Shown piece by piece: positions 42,431 to 52,092 of a stretch of 64,000 bases of DNA. The notes beneath the pieces are model-generated. The model was not told the DNA's origin and ran no database searches. It saw only the letters and a list, made by a program, of their open reading frames with translations. The stretch is taken from assembly GCA_049323935.1 (NCBI GenBank), contig JBMONN010000037.1:63476-127475 (forward strand), written 5' to 3'. The translations under genes and the position numbers were made by a program. Origin of the DNA: Thermodesulfobacteriota bacterium (GTDB taxonomy: Bacteria > Desulfobacterota > Desulfobulbia > Desulfobulbales > SURF-16). How positions within the stretch are numbered: position 1 is the stretch's first letter; every line of letters begins with the position of its first letter.

Positions 42431-43009
42431 ATGACGCTTCCCCACACCATTCCTGCCCATGGGATCGGCTTTGATATTGACTGCGTCGTCGCCGATACCA
42501 TGGAGGCCTTTATCCGTCTTGCTGCGGAAGAGCATGAAATCTCCATTGCCCCAGAAGAAATCACTGCCTTCCAGGTGGAAGATTGTCTCGCTGTTGACAA
42601 GGCGATTATTGATACCATTTTTAACCGATTGCTGTGTGACCCCATCAGCTGCGGCTTAAAGCCCATGACCGGTGCAGTTGCTGTCCTCAGTTGGCTCGCC
42701 GCTCGCGCTCCCTTGAAATTTGTGACCGCCAGACCCACCGCCGAGCCCATTATCCGATGGCTTCAAACTGTTCTGCCCGCTGATGTCAGCGCCAGCATGC
42801 GCCTTGTCGCCATGGGTGACCACGATACCAAGGCAGATTACGTCAGAGCATTGGGTATCCAATATTTTGTCGACGACCGGGTTGAAACCTGCCTGCAGAT
42901 GGCCTGTTCCGGTCTCACCCCTGTTGTTTTTGACCAGCCATGGAATGTCGGCAGACACAATCTTGTCTCTGTGCATTGCTGGGATTCACTCGGCAAACTT
43001 CTTCGTTGA
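42431..43009 (+). CDS. HAD-superfamily hydrolase (5'-nucleotidase-like)
   Basis: Start at MTLPHT (ATG 42431). Motif [12 protein letters not shown] and a C-terminal FVDD motif. Confidence 0.55.
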   Translation: MTLPHTIPAHGIGFDIDCVVADTMEAFIRLAAEEHEISIAPEEITAFQVEDCLAVDKAIIDTIFNRLLCDPISCGLKPMTGAVAVLSWLAARAPLKFVTARPTAEPIIRWLQTVLPADVSASMRLVAMGDHDTKADYVRALGIQYFVDDRVETCLQMACSGLTPVVFDQPWNVGRHNLVSVHCWDSLGKLLR

Positions 43010-43011
43010 GG

Positions 43012-43431
43012 ATGGCAATGGCTTCCCCATGTACAAACCAGCACCCACGAAACCCCTTGCCTACGGTGGATATTATAATTGAAATCGCCGGTGGCATTGT
43101 TCTCGTCAGACGAAAGAATCCCCCTCACGGCTGGGCCCTTCCCGGCGGTTTTGTTGATTACGGTGAGTCGCTGGAATCAGCGGCGAGGCGTGAGGCATTG
43201 GAAGAGACCGGTCTTACCGTTACCCTTGTCCGCCAGATGCACAGCTATTCTGCGCCGGGCCGTGATCCGCGCTTTCATACCATCAGCACGGTCTTTATCG
43301 CCCGGGCCGACGGATCTCCTTGTTCCGGGGATGATGCGGCCGAAGCACGAATCTTTTCCCTTGACAACCTTCCCCCTCTTGTCTTTGACCACCAGCTCAT
43401 CCTGCAAGACTTTATCAACAAAATTTACTGA
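43012..43431 (+). CDS. NUDIX hydrolase
   Basis: Nudix box [23 protein letters not shown]. Start ATG 43012 lies directly after the upstream stop. Confidence 0.85.
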   Translation: MAMASPCTNQHPRNPLPTVDIIIEIAGGIVLVRRKNPPHGWALPGGFVDYGESLESAARREALEETGLTVTLVRQMHSYSAPGRDPRFHTISTVFIARADGSPCSGDDAAEARIFSLDNLPPLVFDHQLILQDFINKIY

Positions 43432-43575
43432 CTCCACCGGTCACTTTTTTCCCCTTTCCCCCCTTTTCCATTCCCCGTCTAGCCGTACCGGATCATCATC
43501 GAATGCTGATTTTTTTTTGCTCTTTTATTTTGCCCGGCAAACCTCCATGTTTTTCGCAAATACTCATATTTACAG

Positions 43576-43604
43576 TTGTCATCACTCCCCCGGTTTGGTA
43601 TAAG
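43576..43604 (+). promoter_or_regulatory. Candidate sigma70 promoter for rpsA (TTGTCA-17nt-TATAAG)
   Basis: TTGTCA at 43576-43581 and TATAAG at 43599-43604. An AGGAGG RBS lies upstream of ATG 43641. Confidence 0.4.
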
Positions 43605-43640
43605 AATCTTTTCTAAATTGGCCAAGGAGGAAATAGGTTC

Positions 43641-45374
43641 ATGGGAAACAGCGCAACAGAAAACAAACAACAGGATGACTTTACGTCCATCCAGGAAGGG
43701 ATGAGCTTTGCAGAGCTCTTCAATGACGAACAGCTCAATGTCGCAAATGTCGGTGACGTTGTGCAGGGTACCATTATCGGACTGACCGACAACTTCGCGG
43801 TTATAGATATCGGCGACAAGTCCGAGAGTGAGATCCCCTTGAGTGAATTCCGCAGTGAAGGGGAAGAGATCGAAGTCAAAGTCGGCGATGTATTCGACGT
43901 TTTTGTCGAAAAACGCGAGGCTGAAGGTGGACTGCGCCTTTCCCGCGAGAAAGCGATCGGCATCAAAGTATGGGAGGATATTGCCAGTATCCAGGAGGCT
44001 GACGGTACCATCAGCGGCCGCATTGAGAGCCGGGTTAAGGGTGGTCTTTCGGTCGACATTGGTGTCCCGGCCTTTTTGCCCTATTCACAGATCGATCTTC
44101 GTCCTGTCAAAGATCTTGACAGCATGATTGGTCAGACATATGAGTTTAAAATCCTCAAGTTCAACCGCAAACGCAACAATGTTGTCATTTCACGCCGTGC
44201 CATCCTTGAGGCTGAGCGCCAGAAGCTGCGGGAGGCGATGCGAACTTCCCTTTCCGAAGGTTCCGTTGTAGTCGGCACCATCACCAATATCACTGACTAC
44301 GGCGTATTTATTGATCTGGGCGGTCTTGACGGACTCTGTCATATCACCGATCTGTCCTGGGGCCGGGTTTCTCATCCGTCCAAGCTGTTCAAGGTTGGAC
44401 AGGAGATTGAGGTCAAGGTCCTCAAGTATGACAAGGAAACCGATAAAGTTTCTCTCGGCGTCAAGCAGCTCAAGCCTGATCCCTGGTCAACTGTTGAACA
44501 GAAGTACCCGGTCGGCTCACGGGCGGTTGGCAGAGTGGTCAGCATTACCGATTATGGTGTTTTTGCCGAATTGGAAGAAGGCGTTGAAGGGCTTGTCCAT
44601 GTTTCAGAGATGTCCTGGTCCAAGAAGACCCGTCACCCGTCTAAAATCGTTTCAGTGGGCGACGCCATTGATGTCTCGATCCTCAATATCGATGTTGATG
44701 CCAAGCGCATTTCACTGGGCATGAAACAGTTGCAGCCCAACCCATGGGATCTGGTGACTGAAAATTATCCTGTCGGCTCTATTATTGAAGGAAAAATCAA
44801 AAACATCACTGATTTCGGCATCTTTATCGGCATTGAGGAGGGTATTGATGGACTGATACATGTTTCGGATCTCTCCTGGACGGAACGTATCAAGCATCCC
44901 TCTGAAAAATATTCCAAGGGGCAGACAATTCAGGCCGTGGTGCTGAAAATCGACCGGGAAAATGAGCGATTCTCTCTTGGCATCAAACAGTTGACACCTG
45001 ATCCCTGGCAACAGGCGATCGAAAAGTACCCGGTTGGCACCCAAGTTTCCGGTAAAATCACCAATGTCACTGATTTTGGGATATTCGTCGAGGTTGAGGA
45101 CGGGGTAGAAGGTCTAGTCCACGTCTCGGAGATCAGCAAGGACAAGATCAACACCCCTGTTGGCATGTACAATGTCGGTGATATGATCGAGACCAAGGTC
45201 ATTAGTGTTTCTGCCAAAGACCGTAAAATCGGACTTTCCGTTAAGGCAATGACGGATGACAGTGATGATATGAAACTCGAAGATTACAAAAAAATGCAGG
45301 CTCAATCCGGGCCGTCAACACTGGGCGATCTGCTCAAGGAAGAGCTGAACAATCAGGAACGTCGGGAAGAGTAA
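43641..45374 (+). CDS. rpsA: 30S ribosomal protein S1
   Basis: 577 aa made of six S1 (OB-fold) repeats, with recurrent G.V..I..FG.FV....EGL.H.SE pattern. Confidence 0.96.
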   Translation: MGNSATENKQQDDFTSIQEGMSFAELFNDEQLNVANVGDVVQGTIIGLTDNFAVIDIGDKSESEIPLSEFRSEGEEIEVKVGDVFDVFVEKREAEGGLRLSREKAIGIKVWEDIASIQEADGTISGRIESRVKGGLSVDIGVPAFLPYSQIDLRPVKDLDSMIGQTYEFKILKFNRKRNNVVISRRAILEAERQKLREAMRTSLSEGSVVVGTITNITDYGVFIDLGGLDGLCHITDLSWGRVSHPSKLFKVGQEIEVKVLKYDKETDKVSLGVKQLKPDPWSTVEQKYPVGSRAVGRVVSITDYGVFAELEEGVEGLVHVSEMSWSKKTRHPSKIVSVGDAIDVSILNIDVDAKRISLGMKQLQPNPWDLVTENYPVGSIIEGKIKNITDFGIFIGIEEGIDGLIHVSDLSWTERIKHPSEKYSKGQTIQAVVLKIDRENERFSLGIKQLTPDPWQQAIEKYPVGTQVSGKITNVTDFGIFVEVEDGVEGLVHVSEISKDKINTPVGMYNVGDMIETKVISVSAKDRKIGLSVKAMTDDSDDMKLEDYKKMQAQSGPSTLGDLLKEELNNQERREE

Positions 45375-45401
45375 GAATCCTGCAGACGTTTACTGAATGG
45401 T

Positions 45402-46325
45402 ATGACAGAAGAAAGGTTATTCCGCCGGAAACATCCATTGCTCACCGGATTTCTTATCCTGGGAGCTATCGGTTTTTTTTTCTGGGCCGGAATAACCTTT
45501 TTTGTTGCCAGCCTGTTCAGGCAGAGCAGTCCCGATTTTTTCCATACCGATGCGGTAACCATTGCGATTGTCCCCCTCAAAGGCGTGCTCACCGATGCTG
45601 AAGAAGTTTTAGCCCAGCTCGATCGTTTCAGTCGAAATGACGCAGTCAAGGCCCTTGTCGTTCGCATTGACAGCCCCGGCGGCGCGGTGGGTGCGGCGCA
45701 GGAAATCTATCGTGAGATCGCTCGGGTAAACAAGGTCAAGCCCGTTGTTGCGTCAATGGGTTCAGTTGCAGCCTCTGGTGGATACTATGCAGCCATTGGC
45801 GCTGGGAAAATTCTTGCCAGTCCGGGCACCCTGACTGGCAGCATGGGGGTCATTCTCAAGTTTCCCAACCTTGAAGAGATCTTTCAGAAAATCGGATATA
45901 AAGATGAAGTGGTCAAAAGCGGCCCGATGAAAGACATCGGTTCGCCGAGCAGGCCTTTGTCTTCGAATGAGCGTCGTCTCCTGCAAAACCTGATCGATGA
46001 GGTGCATAAACAGTTTGTTGCGGATATAGCAGCCAGCAGAAAACTTCTCCCTGAAAGGGTGCGCGAATTTGCTGACGGTCGGATTTTTTCCGGAGAAACC
46101 GCAAAGCAGCTGGGATTCATCGATGATTATGGCAATTTCAATGATGCGGTCAGACTGGCGGCAGAACTTGCTGGTCATCCCGGAAAAAACACAACCCTCC
46201 TTTACCCGGAAAATGATCGCCTCTCTTTTTTCAAGCTTTTTGCCGTAAACGGCCTCTCCGACCTGCTGCGACGTACGGGTATGGAACATCCGCGCCTTTC
46301 CTATGAGTGGACCCATTTACCGTGA
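45402..46325 (+). CDS. sppA: Signal peptide peptidase SppA (36K type)
   Basis: 307 aa with an N-terminal TM, IDSPGGAVGAAQEIY and the catalytic-Ser context ASMGSVAASGGYY. Confidence 0.88.
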   Translation: MTEERLFRRKHPLLTGFLILGAIGFFFWAGITFFVASLFRQSSPDFFHTDAVTIAIVPLKGVLTDAEEVLAQLDRFSRNDAVKALVVRIDSPGGAVGAAQEIYREIARVNKVKPVVASMGSVAASGGYYAAIGAGKILASPGTLTGSMGVILKFPNLEEIFQKIGYKDEVVKSGPMKDIGSPSRPLSSNERRLLQNLIDEVHKQFVADIAASRKLLPERVREFADGRIFSGETAKQLGFIDDYGNFNDAVRLAAELAGHPGKNTTLLYPENDRLSFFKLFAVNGLSDLLRRTGMEHPRLSYEWTHLP

Positions 46326-46521
46326 TGCGAAATAGCATTCATAGCCACCTACTGCTCTGAAGCCTTGCAGCTTGACTCCGCGATGTCTCAATGAAGAAGG
46401 TCTGGTGGCGACAGTCCAAACGACAGTTCACATTTTTTTACCGTGCCCGAAAAGGTTAGCCGCCAAAGCCGGACGGACAAAGCCCGATTTATCAAGCCAT
46501 TTTTGGGCCAGGAATGTTTAT

Positions 46522-46839
46522 ATGTTAAAACGTGATCTTATCAATTCTGTAGCTGAACAGACCCCAGGGCATCTGAAAAAAGATGTCACCCATGTGATCG
46601 ATATCATTCTCGATGCCATAACTGAGGCCCTGCAAGAGGGAAGAAGGGTAGAAATTCGAGGCTTCGGCAGCTTGTGCACCCGGGAGCGGAAATCACGGAT
46701 CACAAAAAATCCGCGGACCGCCCAGGTCATGCACATTTCGACCCGGAAAACCGTTCACTTCACAATGAGTAAATCCATCAAGGATCCGCTGGCCAGTGTA
46801 AACCCCAACGATGTCCAACCTGGCACTAGCAAAGGTTAA
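46522..46839 (+). CDS. ihfB: Integration host factor beta subunit-like (HU/IHF family)
   Basis: Start at MLKRDLINSV (ATG 46522). The VEIRGFGSL motif is typical of IHF-beta, and synteny after rpsA agrees. Confidence 0.8.
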   Translation: MLKRDLINSVAEQTPGHLKKDVTHVIDIILDAITEALQEGRRVEIRGFGSLCTRERKSRITKNPRTAQVMHISTRKTVHFTMSKSIKDPLASVNPNDVQPGTSKG

Positions 46840-46845
46840 AAAATA

Positions 46846-47460
46846 CTATCTCAGAAATTCTCCCGTATCGCCTTTGCCGAACCGCAGGATCTCAGGGATA
46901 TCGCTGATAAGCGAAATGACACTGGAAGGCTCCGGTGGGGAACAGGGGCTGTCAATGATGACGTCGATCACGTTGCCGAGATTGTTGGCAACATCATAGG
47001 CATCCCGGGGAATGGAGAGATCATCGCGACTTGCAGTGGTCGTCAGTAAGGGGTTACCCAAGGTGTTGACCAAATACTGACAGATCGTATTGTCCGGAAC
47101 CCGAATTCCGACGGTTTTTTGTTTTGTCATCATGATTTTCGGTACGATTTTCATGGCCGGCAAGACAAAGGTATAAGGTCCTGGCAACGATTTTTTCATC
47201 AGCTTGTAGGCGGTATTCGACAGGTAACAGTAGAGACTGACATCTTTCAGATCAGCGCAGATGAAGCTAAACGGTTTTTCTTTGTCCCGCTTTTTAATCT
47301 GATAGATTCGCTTAACAGCCTTCTGATTGAAGATATCGCAGCCGATTCCGTAAACTGTGTCCGTAGGATACGCTACTACCCCTCCCTGGCGGAGCACCTC
47401 AACGGCCTGTTCAATAAGTCGCTGTTGCGGGTTGTCCTTGTTGATCTGCAAAATATGCAT
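46846..47460 (-). CDS. tsaC: L-threonylcarbamoyladenylate synthase (TsaC/YrdC/Sua5 family)
   Basis: GGVVAYPTDTVYGIGCD and the KKRDKEKPFSF motif. Start set at MHILQI (ATG 47460). Confidence 0.85.
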   Translation of the reverse strand: MHILQINKDNPQQRLIEQAVEVLRQGGVVAYPTDTVYGIGCDIFNQKAVKRIYQIKKRDKEKPFSFICADLKDVSLYCYLSNTAYKLMKKSLPGPYTFVLPAMKIVPKIMMTKQKTVGIRVPDNTICQYLVNTLGNPLLTTTASRDDLSIPRDAYDVANNLGNVIDVIIDSPCSPPEPSSVISLISDIPEILRFGKGDTGEFLR

Positions 47461-47705
47461 ATAATTCCTTCTGACAGGGTGATAATCCGGGCAGTCGATG
47501 CCCATCATTTATGGTTGCGACAAAAAATGATGATATCGTAAAAAGCTTTTTTACCACAGAACACAGAGACAACTAATCGTAATGAAAGATGTTTTCTCTC
47601 TGTCCTCAGTGCGCTCTGTGGTGAAAAAAGACTTGTTACGGGTTTTTCAAACATGGTTCGTCGGAATCGTGGTTTATTATGATTTCGACAATAATAGTTG
47701 AAATT

Positions 47706-48239
47706 TCAGGGCTGTTCAGCCGGAAAATCGGCCAAGATATCCCGTATCTCGGAGACAACCTGATCATCGTCGTCTTCAAGCAGCTTTTCCAAGGCTTGCC
47801 TGGCCTCTTTGGTGCCGATAATGCCAAGCAGGGTGGCGATATCGCCGCGGACAAAACTCTTTTCGTGACCCAGTTTCGCCAACAGGGAAGGGAGAGCAAG
47901 GTGAACGTCATGACGATTGTTGCGTGCCAGTTCCTCAAAAAGGACGACCATGCCCATGCGAACCATGTACCGTTCATCAGTGATAAGTTCACCACTGAGC
48001 TGGTACAGACCGGAGTCCTGGCGAAACATGGCCAGAATATTTTCAAGGTGCCCCATGCTGATGAAGTCCCCGATGACGGCAAGCAATTCTTCACGACTGA
48101 CGCTGTCCACACCTGCTCCTGTCACTTGGTTCTCGGCTCCGAAATTACCATTTTGCCCATTTGCGCCGAATTGGCCCGGTCGGCTCTGTATACCTTTTTC
48201 CGTGGGCCCCTTCAAATGATTTTTTCCCTGGCACAGCAT
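47706..48239 (-). CDS. HEAT-repeat protein (PBS-lyase HEAT-like repeats)
   Basis: 177 aa with repeats such as VRGDIATLLGIIGTKEARQALEKLLEDDDDQV. The N-terminal approx. 45 aa are low-complexity. Confidence 0.6.
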   Translation of the reverse strand: MLCQGKNHLKGPTEKGIQSRPGQFGANGQNGNFGAENQVTGAGVDSVSREELLAVIGDFISMGHLENILAMFRQDSGLYQLSGELITDERYMVRMGMVVLFEELARNNRHDVHLALPSLLAKLGHEKSFVRGDIATLLGIIGTKEARQALEKLLEDDDDQVVSEIRDILADFPAEQP

Positions 48240-48458
48240 CTCCGTTTTAGGACGTTAGCAGCCCTTGCAGAGAATGCTTGCAATGTGAGCGGTATCTGAT
48301 TAACTAATTTGAAAACAGTGACATTTCTTTGCTTGCACTAGGATTGTTGTTTATCAGCACGCAATTCTCCGCGACAAGATAAGAGGATCGGACGTCGTAT
48401 TTCATTTCTTCGCGACCCTCCTTTCTTGTGAAGATATCCTTCTTGATCGAGGTTCATT

Positions 48459-48899
48459 ATGTATTCACGTATCTATGTGTTGCGCTTTCCCAAGGAAACC
48501 AGCGATAAACCGATCATCTGCAAACTGGTGGGCCAGTATGGCGTTGAATTTAACATTCTCAAGGCGACCATTCTTCCCCAGCATGAGGGCTTGATGGTTC
48601 TTGAACTGCTTGGTCACAAGAACAATGTTCGCGAGGCACTCGACTATCTTCGTGGCTTTGGCGTCAAAATCGAGTCGTTGTCCACTATCATTCGCCGTGA
48701 TGATGAAAAATGTTTTCAGTGCGGCGCCTGTACCGGGATCTGCCCGACCGGCGCATTGTACATCACACGACCGGACATGGCCGTACTGTTCGACCCGGAC
48801 AAGTGTACCGGCTGTGGACTCTGTGTTTCAGCCTGTCCGGTCCGGGCCATGGAAGTTTCTTTACTGCAGTCAGTCAACTCCCTGCCTTCAGGTCTGTGA
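48459..48899 (+). CDS. NIL-domain / 2x[4Fe-4S] ferredoxin fusion protein
   Basis: 146 aa. N-terminal NIL-like domain (PIICKLVGQYGVEFNILKATI...GLMVLEL), then CFQCGACTGICP and CTGCGLCVSACP. Confidence 0.8.
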   Translation: MYSRIYVLRFPKETSDKPIICKLVGQYGVEFNILKATILPQHEGLMVLELLGHKNNVREALDYLRGFGVKIESLSTIIRRDDEKCFQCGACTGICPTGALYITRPDMAVLFDPDKCTGCGLCVSACPVRAMEVSLLQSVNSLPSGL

Positions 48900-48904
48900 T
48901 ACAG

Positions 48905-50038
48905 ATGAACAGCGAACGTCTTTCCCGCACCTTTATAACTCTCTGTGAAATCGACAGCCCCTCCCGTGGCGAGGCAAAGCTTGCCAGCTATTTGTGCTCG
49001 CTTTTCAGGGAACTCGGGGCTGACTCGATATTTGAAGATGATTCGCGCGCCGCCACCGGCTCCGACACCGGCAACCTTCTCATTCGTTTTGTCGGGGGCC
49101 TCGAGCATTCGCCGCCGGTCTGCTTCAACTGCCATCTCGATGTGATCAATCCTTGTCTGGGTATCAAGGTCAGGAAGATAAACGATGTCTTCTCCAGTGC
49201 CGGCGACACGGTGCTTGGTGCTGATGATAAGGCGGGAATCGCTATTCTTCTGGAAACGATCGCCTCCCTACGCGAGCAGAGGATACCCTTTGCGCCGCTT
49301 GAGATTCTGCTTACTACCTGCGAGGAAATCGGCCTTCTGGGTGCTAAGTCCTTTGACGGGAGCCGCCTGCGTTCAGTCTACGGTTTTGCCCTTGACTCCA
49401 CCGGTGTTGATACGGTCGTCACTGGTGCACCGGCATCCCATGCCGTTGTTGCCGAGATTCGTGGCCTTGCCGCCCACGCCGGCCTTCGCCCCCGTTATGG
49501 CATCAATGCCATTCAGATCGCGGCCAAGGCCATTGCCCGTCTGCCCATGGGCCAGTTAGACGATTTGTCCACTGCCAATATCGGGATCATTGCCGGCGGT
49601 ACTGCCACCAATATTGTCCCCGATCTGGTCCAAGTCAAGGGCGAGATTCGCAGCCATGACCCCGCCCGCCTCAGCTCCTATCTTGACCTTTACCATCAAA
49701 TTTTTCACCAGGCGGTTGACGGCTGGAATGATCCGCAGCATCTTACCGGCAGCACGCCCTCTCTCTATTTCCAAACCCCGCTTCAATACCCTGCAATGTT
49801 GCTCGCCGAGGACAGCCTGCCACTGGCGAAGGCCCGCCAGGCAGCTCAAGCTCTCAAACGTCCGCTCACCTTCCATCGCGCCGGCGGCGGCAGCGACGCA
49901 AACTTCCTTAACGCCGCTGGCCTGCCCTGTGCTATCCTTGGCATTGGCATGGAAAACGTTCATTCAACCTCTGAAACCATATCTCTTGCCGACATGCTCC
50001 GCACCGCAGAGTTCGTCCATTCTCTTTTAACCTGCTGA
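48905..50038 (+). CDS. M20-family metallopeptidase (peptidase T-like tripeptidase)
   Basis: Start at MNSERLS (ATG 48905). Motifs CHLDV, GADDKAGIA and TCEEIGLLG are typical of M20B. Confidence 0.8.
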   Translation: MNSERLSRTFITLCEIDSPSRGEAKLASYLCSLFRELGADSIFEDDSRAATGSDTGNLLIRFVGGLEHSPPVCFNCHLDVINPCLGIKVRKINDVFSSAGDTVLGADDKAGIAILLETIASLREQRIPFAPLEILLTTCEEIGLLGAKSFDGSRLRSVYGFALDSTGVDTVVTGAPASHAVVAEIRGLAAHAGLRPRYGINAIQIAAKAIARLPMGQLDDLSTANIGIIAGGTATNIVPDLVQVKGEIRSHDPARLSSYLDLYHQIFHQAVDGWNDPQHLTGSTPSLYFQTPLQYPAMLLAEDSLPLAKARQAAQALKRPLTFHRAGGGSDANFLNAAGLPCAILGIGMENVHSTSETISLADMLRTAEFVHSLLTC

Positions 50039-50060
50039 TACAACAACAAAAAACTGCGTT

Positions 50061-50076
50061 TGTTCCACGTGAAACA
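50061..50076. promoter_or_regulatory. parS: parS centromere-like site
   Basis: TGTTCCACGTGAAACA matches the canonical TGTTNCACGTGAAACA at every defined position. It lies about 315 nt upstream of parA. Confidence 0.85.
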
Positions 50077-50390
50077 CGTCCCCGCATTCTGTTTCCGAAC
50101 AAACCACACAAAGGGCCCTGGACAAGAAAGATAGCGCCAAAAAAGAAAAATGGCCTTGTCGAACAGGCGAGGATTCGGTAAAAGAGGTAAAGGCAGGACC
50201 GCACACTCCCGAGCCACCACACCGGCAGGCGAAAAAGGAGGCGCCTCAACAGGCACTCTCGACCGAAACATGATGGCCTTGCAAAAACCTGAAAACCATG
50301 GCAGGCCGGAAAGAGAAAACAACGAGTTACAATGCACCGCCCGTCGGAAACGTCGATTTTTACAATTCCGACAAACACAACAGGAACGAC

Positions 50391-51167
50391 ATGAAAAGAG
50401 GGAAAATAGTTGCATTGGCGAACCAGAAGGGCGGGGTGGGCAAAACAACGACTACGGTCAACCTGGCTGCAGCTCTCGCTAAACTCGGCCACAGAGTGCT
50501 GGTGGTCGACTCCGATCCGCAGGGCAATGCTTCGAGCGGGCTCGGGGTGAGCGCCAAAGGGATGGAAAGACATCTCTATCATTGCTATCTCGACCGTGAA
50601 CAGGTGGAAAAGAGCATCAAGCAGGCAAGTTGCCTGGAAACCCTCCACGTGCTACCGACCCACATCGATCTCATCGGTGTCGAAGTCGAACTAATGTCAG
50701 CCTCACAGCGCGAGCAGTACCTGGCAAAATTACTGGAACCACTACTCTGTTCTTACGAGTACATCTTCGTCGACTGCCCACCTTCACTCGGACTACTCAC
50801 CTTGAACGCCCTGACCGCTGCCGACTCAGTCATTATTCCGCTGCAGTGCGAATATTTCGCCCTCGAAGGGCTGAGCCAGCTTGTCCGCACAATTCGCCTG
50901 GTCAAAAGATCATACAACAAAAAACTCAGCATCGAGGGGCTCGTCCTGACAATGTACGACCGCCGCAATCGACTGACCTTTCAAGTAGCAAAGGAGGTTA
51001 AGCAGCATTTTCAGGAAAAGGTCTACAAAACGGTCATCCCACGCAATGTGCGCTTGAGCGAATGCCCCAGTTACGGAAAACCGGTGATGGAATATGATCC
51101 CAGATCTGTGGGAGCACTGAGCTATATGAATCTGGGCCGGGAGTTCATCAAACGACAGGAAGGATAA
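50391..51167 (+). CDS. parA: Chromosome partitioning ATPase ParA/Soj
   Basis: Deviant Walker A NQKGGVGKTTT. Start at MKRGKIVAL (ATG 50391), preceded by GGAA. An upstream in-frame ATG at 50298 lacks an RBS. Confidence 0.93.
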   Translation: MKRGKIVALANQKGGVGKTTTTVNLAAALAKLGHRVLVVDSDPQGNASSGLGVSAKGMERHLYHCYLDREQVEKSIKQASCLETLHVLPTHIDLIGVEVELMSASQREQYLAKLLEPLLCSYEYIFVDCPPSLGLLTLNALTAADSVIIPLQCEYFALEGLSQLVRTIRLVKRSYNKKLSIEGLVLTMYDRRNRLTFQVAKEVKQHFQEKVYKTVIPRNVRLSECPSYGKPVMEYDPRSVGALSYMNLGREFIKRQEG

Positions 51168-51171
51168 AAAA

Positions 51172-52092
51172 ATGCCGGTGCCGCTGGGAGAAAAAAAGAT
51201 GAGAAAAGACGAACCACTGGGCAGAGGGTTAGGGTCACTCCTGCCTGCTTCGATAGATATTGATGAGACGCAGCGTGAGTTTTTCCGCTGTCCGATCAAC
51301 GCGATACAGCCCAACCCCTACCAGCCTCGACGGGAAATGGATGACGACGCCCTTGCCCAACTCGCCGAATCGATCCGGGAAAAGGGAGTCCTGCAGCCGT
51401 TGGTTGTCCGAGAGATTGACAACAGCGGCGCATATGAGCTCATTGCCGGTGAGCGGCGGCTGCGAGCAGCCAAACGGATCGGCTTAAACGAGGTGCCGGT
51501 CATCGTCAAACAGGCTGATCCGGAAGACCGATTAGAACTGGCGCTCATTGAAAATATCCAGCGCCAAAACCTCAACCCCATTGAAGAGGCATTGGCCTAC
51601 AAACGTCTGGCTGACGAATTTGCTCTCACCCAGGAGGAGATCGCCAAAAAAGTTGGCAAAGACCGTTCGACGGTGGCCAACACTATGCGACTGCTCATCC
51701 TGCCGGATTATGCCAAGCAGGATGTGGCGGAAAACAGGATGACCATGGGACACGCCAGGGTACTGCTCGGGGTTGAAAACGAAGAGAGCCTCCGCGAACT
51801 GCGTGACAGCATCATCAGTCAGGGGCTGTCGGTGCGGCAGACGGAACGAATCGTTGCGAGCAGCAAAAAAAAACCTGGTAAAAAAGGGGCAAGCCGAAAA
51901 AACCAGGCACCCGGACTGCCAGATGCCTACTGTGTATCACTGGCAGACGATATCAGCCGGGCGCTTGACACCAAAAGCCGCATCAGCCAGAGCGGCATGC
52001 GCGGCAAGATCGAGATTGACTACTACTCCCTTGACGACCTGGAAAGGCTTCACAAGATGTTGACCCGCAGCCTTGACAACGGGAAAAAATGA
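51172..52092 (+). CDS. parB: Chromosome partitioning protein ParB/Spo0J
   Basis: PNPYQPRR, the GERRLRAA box and an HTH LTQEEIAKKVGKDRSTVAN. Confidence 0.93.
   Translation: MPVPLGEKKMRKDEPLGRGLGSLLPASIDIDETQREFFRCPINAIQPNPYQPRREMDDDALAQLAESIREKGVLQPLVVREIDNSGAYELIAGERRLRAAKRIGLNEVPVIVKQADPEDRLELALIENIQRQNLNPIEEALAYKRLADEFALTQEEIAKKVGKDRSTVANTMRLLILPDYAKQDVAENRMTMGHARVLLGVENEESLRELRDSIISQGLSVRQTERIVASSKKKPGKKGASRKNQAPGLPDAYCVSLADDISRALDTKSRISQSGMRGKIEIDYYSLDDLERLHKMLTRSLDNGKK

Noticed and set aside
43444-43469. 26-nt pure pyrimidine tract (CTTTTTTCCCCTTTCCCCCCTTTTCC) after the NUDIX gene.
   Set aside because: It is probably just the T/C-rich tail of a weak terminator ahead of the rpsA promoter. 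I see no evidence for function beyond a possible H-DNA-forming sequence.
47554-47622. Imperfect inverted repeat CCACAGAACACAGAGAC ... TCTCTCTGTCCTCAGTGCGCTCTGTGG between the HEAT-repeat gene and tsaC.
   Set aside because: The pairing is interrupted and there is no adjacent U-tract on the relevant minus strand. It may be a weak terminator or processing hairpin, but I cannot support a specific call.
48316-48337. Sigma54-like sequence TGACATTTCTTTGCT upstream of the NIL-ferredoxin gene.
   Set aside because: The conserved -24 GG is GA here, and the -24/-12 spacing is one nt short of TGGCAC-N5-TTGC.
50298-50390. N-terminally extended ParA starting at ATG 50298.
   Set aside because: There is no Shine-Dalgarno sequence upstream of 50298, whereas ATG 50391 is preceded by GGAA and gives the canonical ParA N-terminus. 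The extension cannot be fully excluded.
50150-50482. 110-aa basic ORF (MALSNRRGFGKRGKGRT...) in the parA leader, overlapping the parA start.
   Set aside because: The open frames here result from T-depletion, which leaves few stop codons. There is no RBS, the sequence is low-complexity, and it overlaps parA out of frame.
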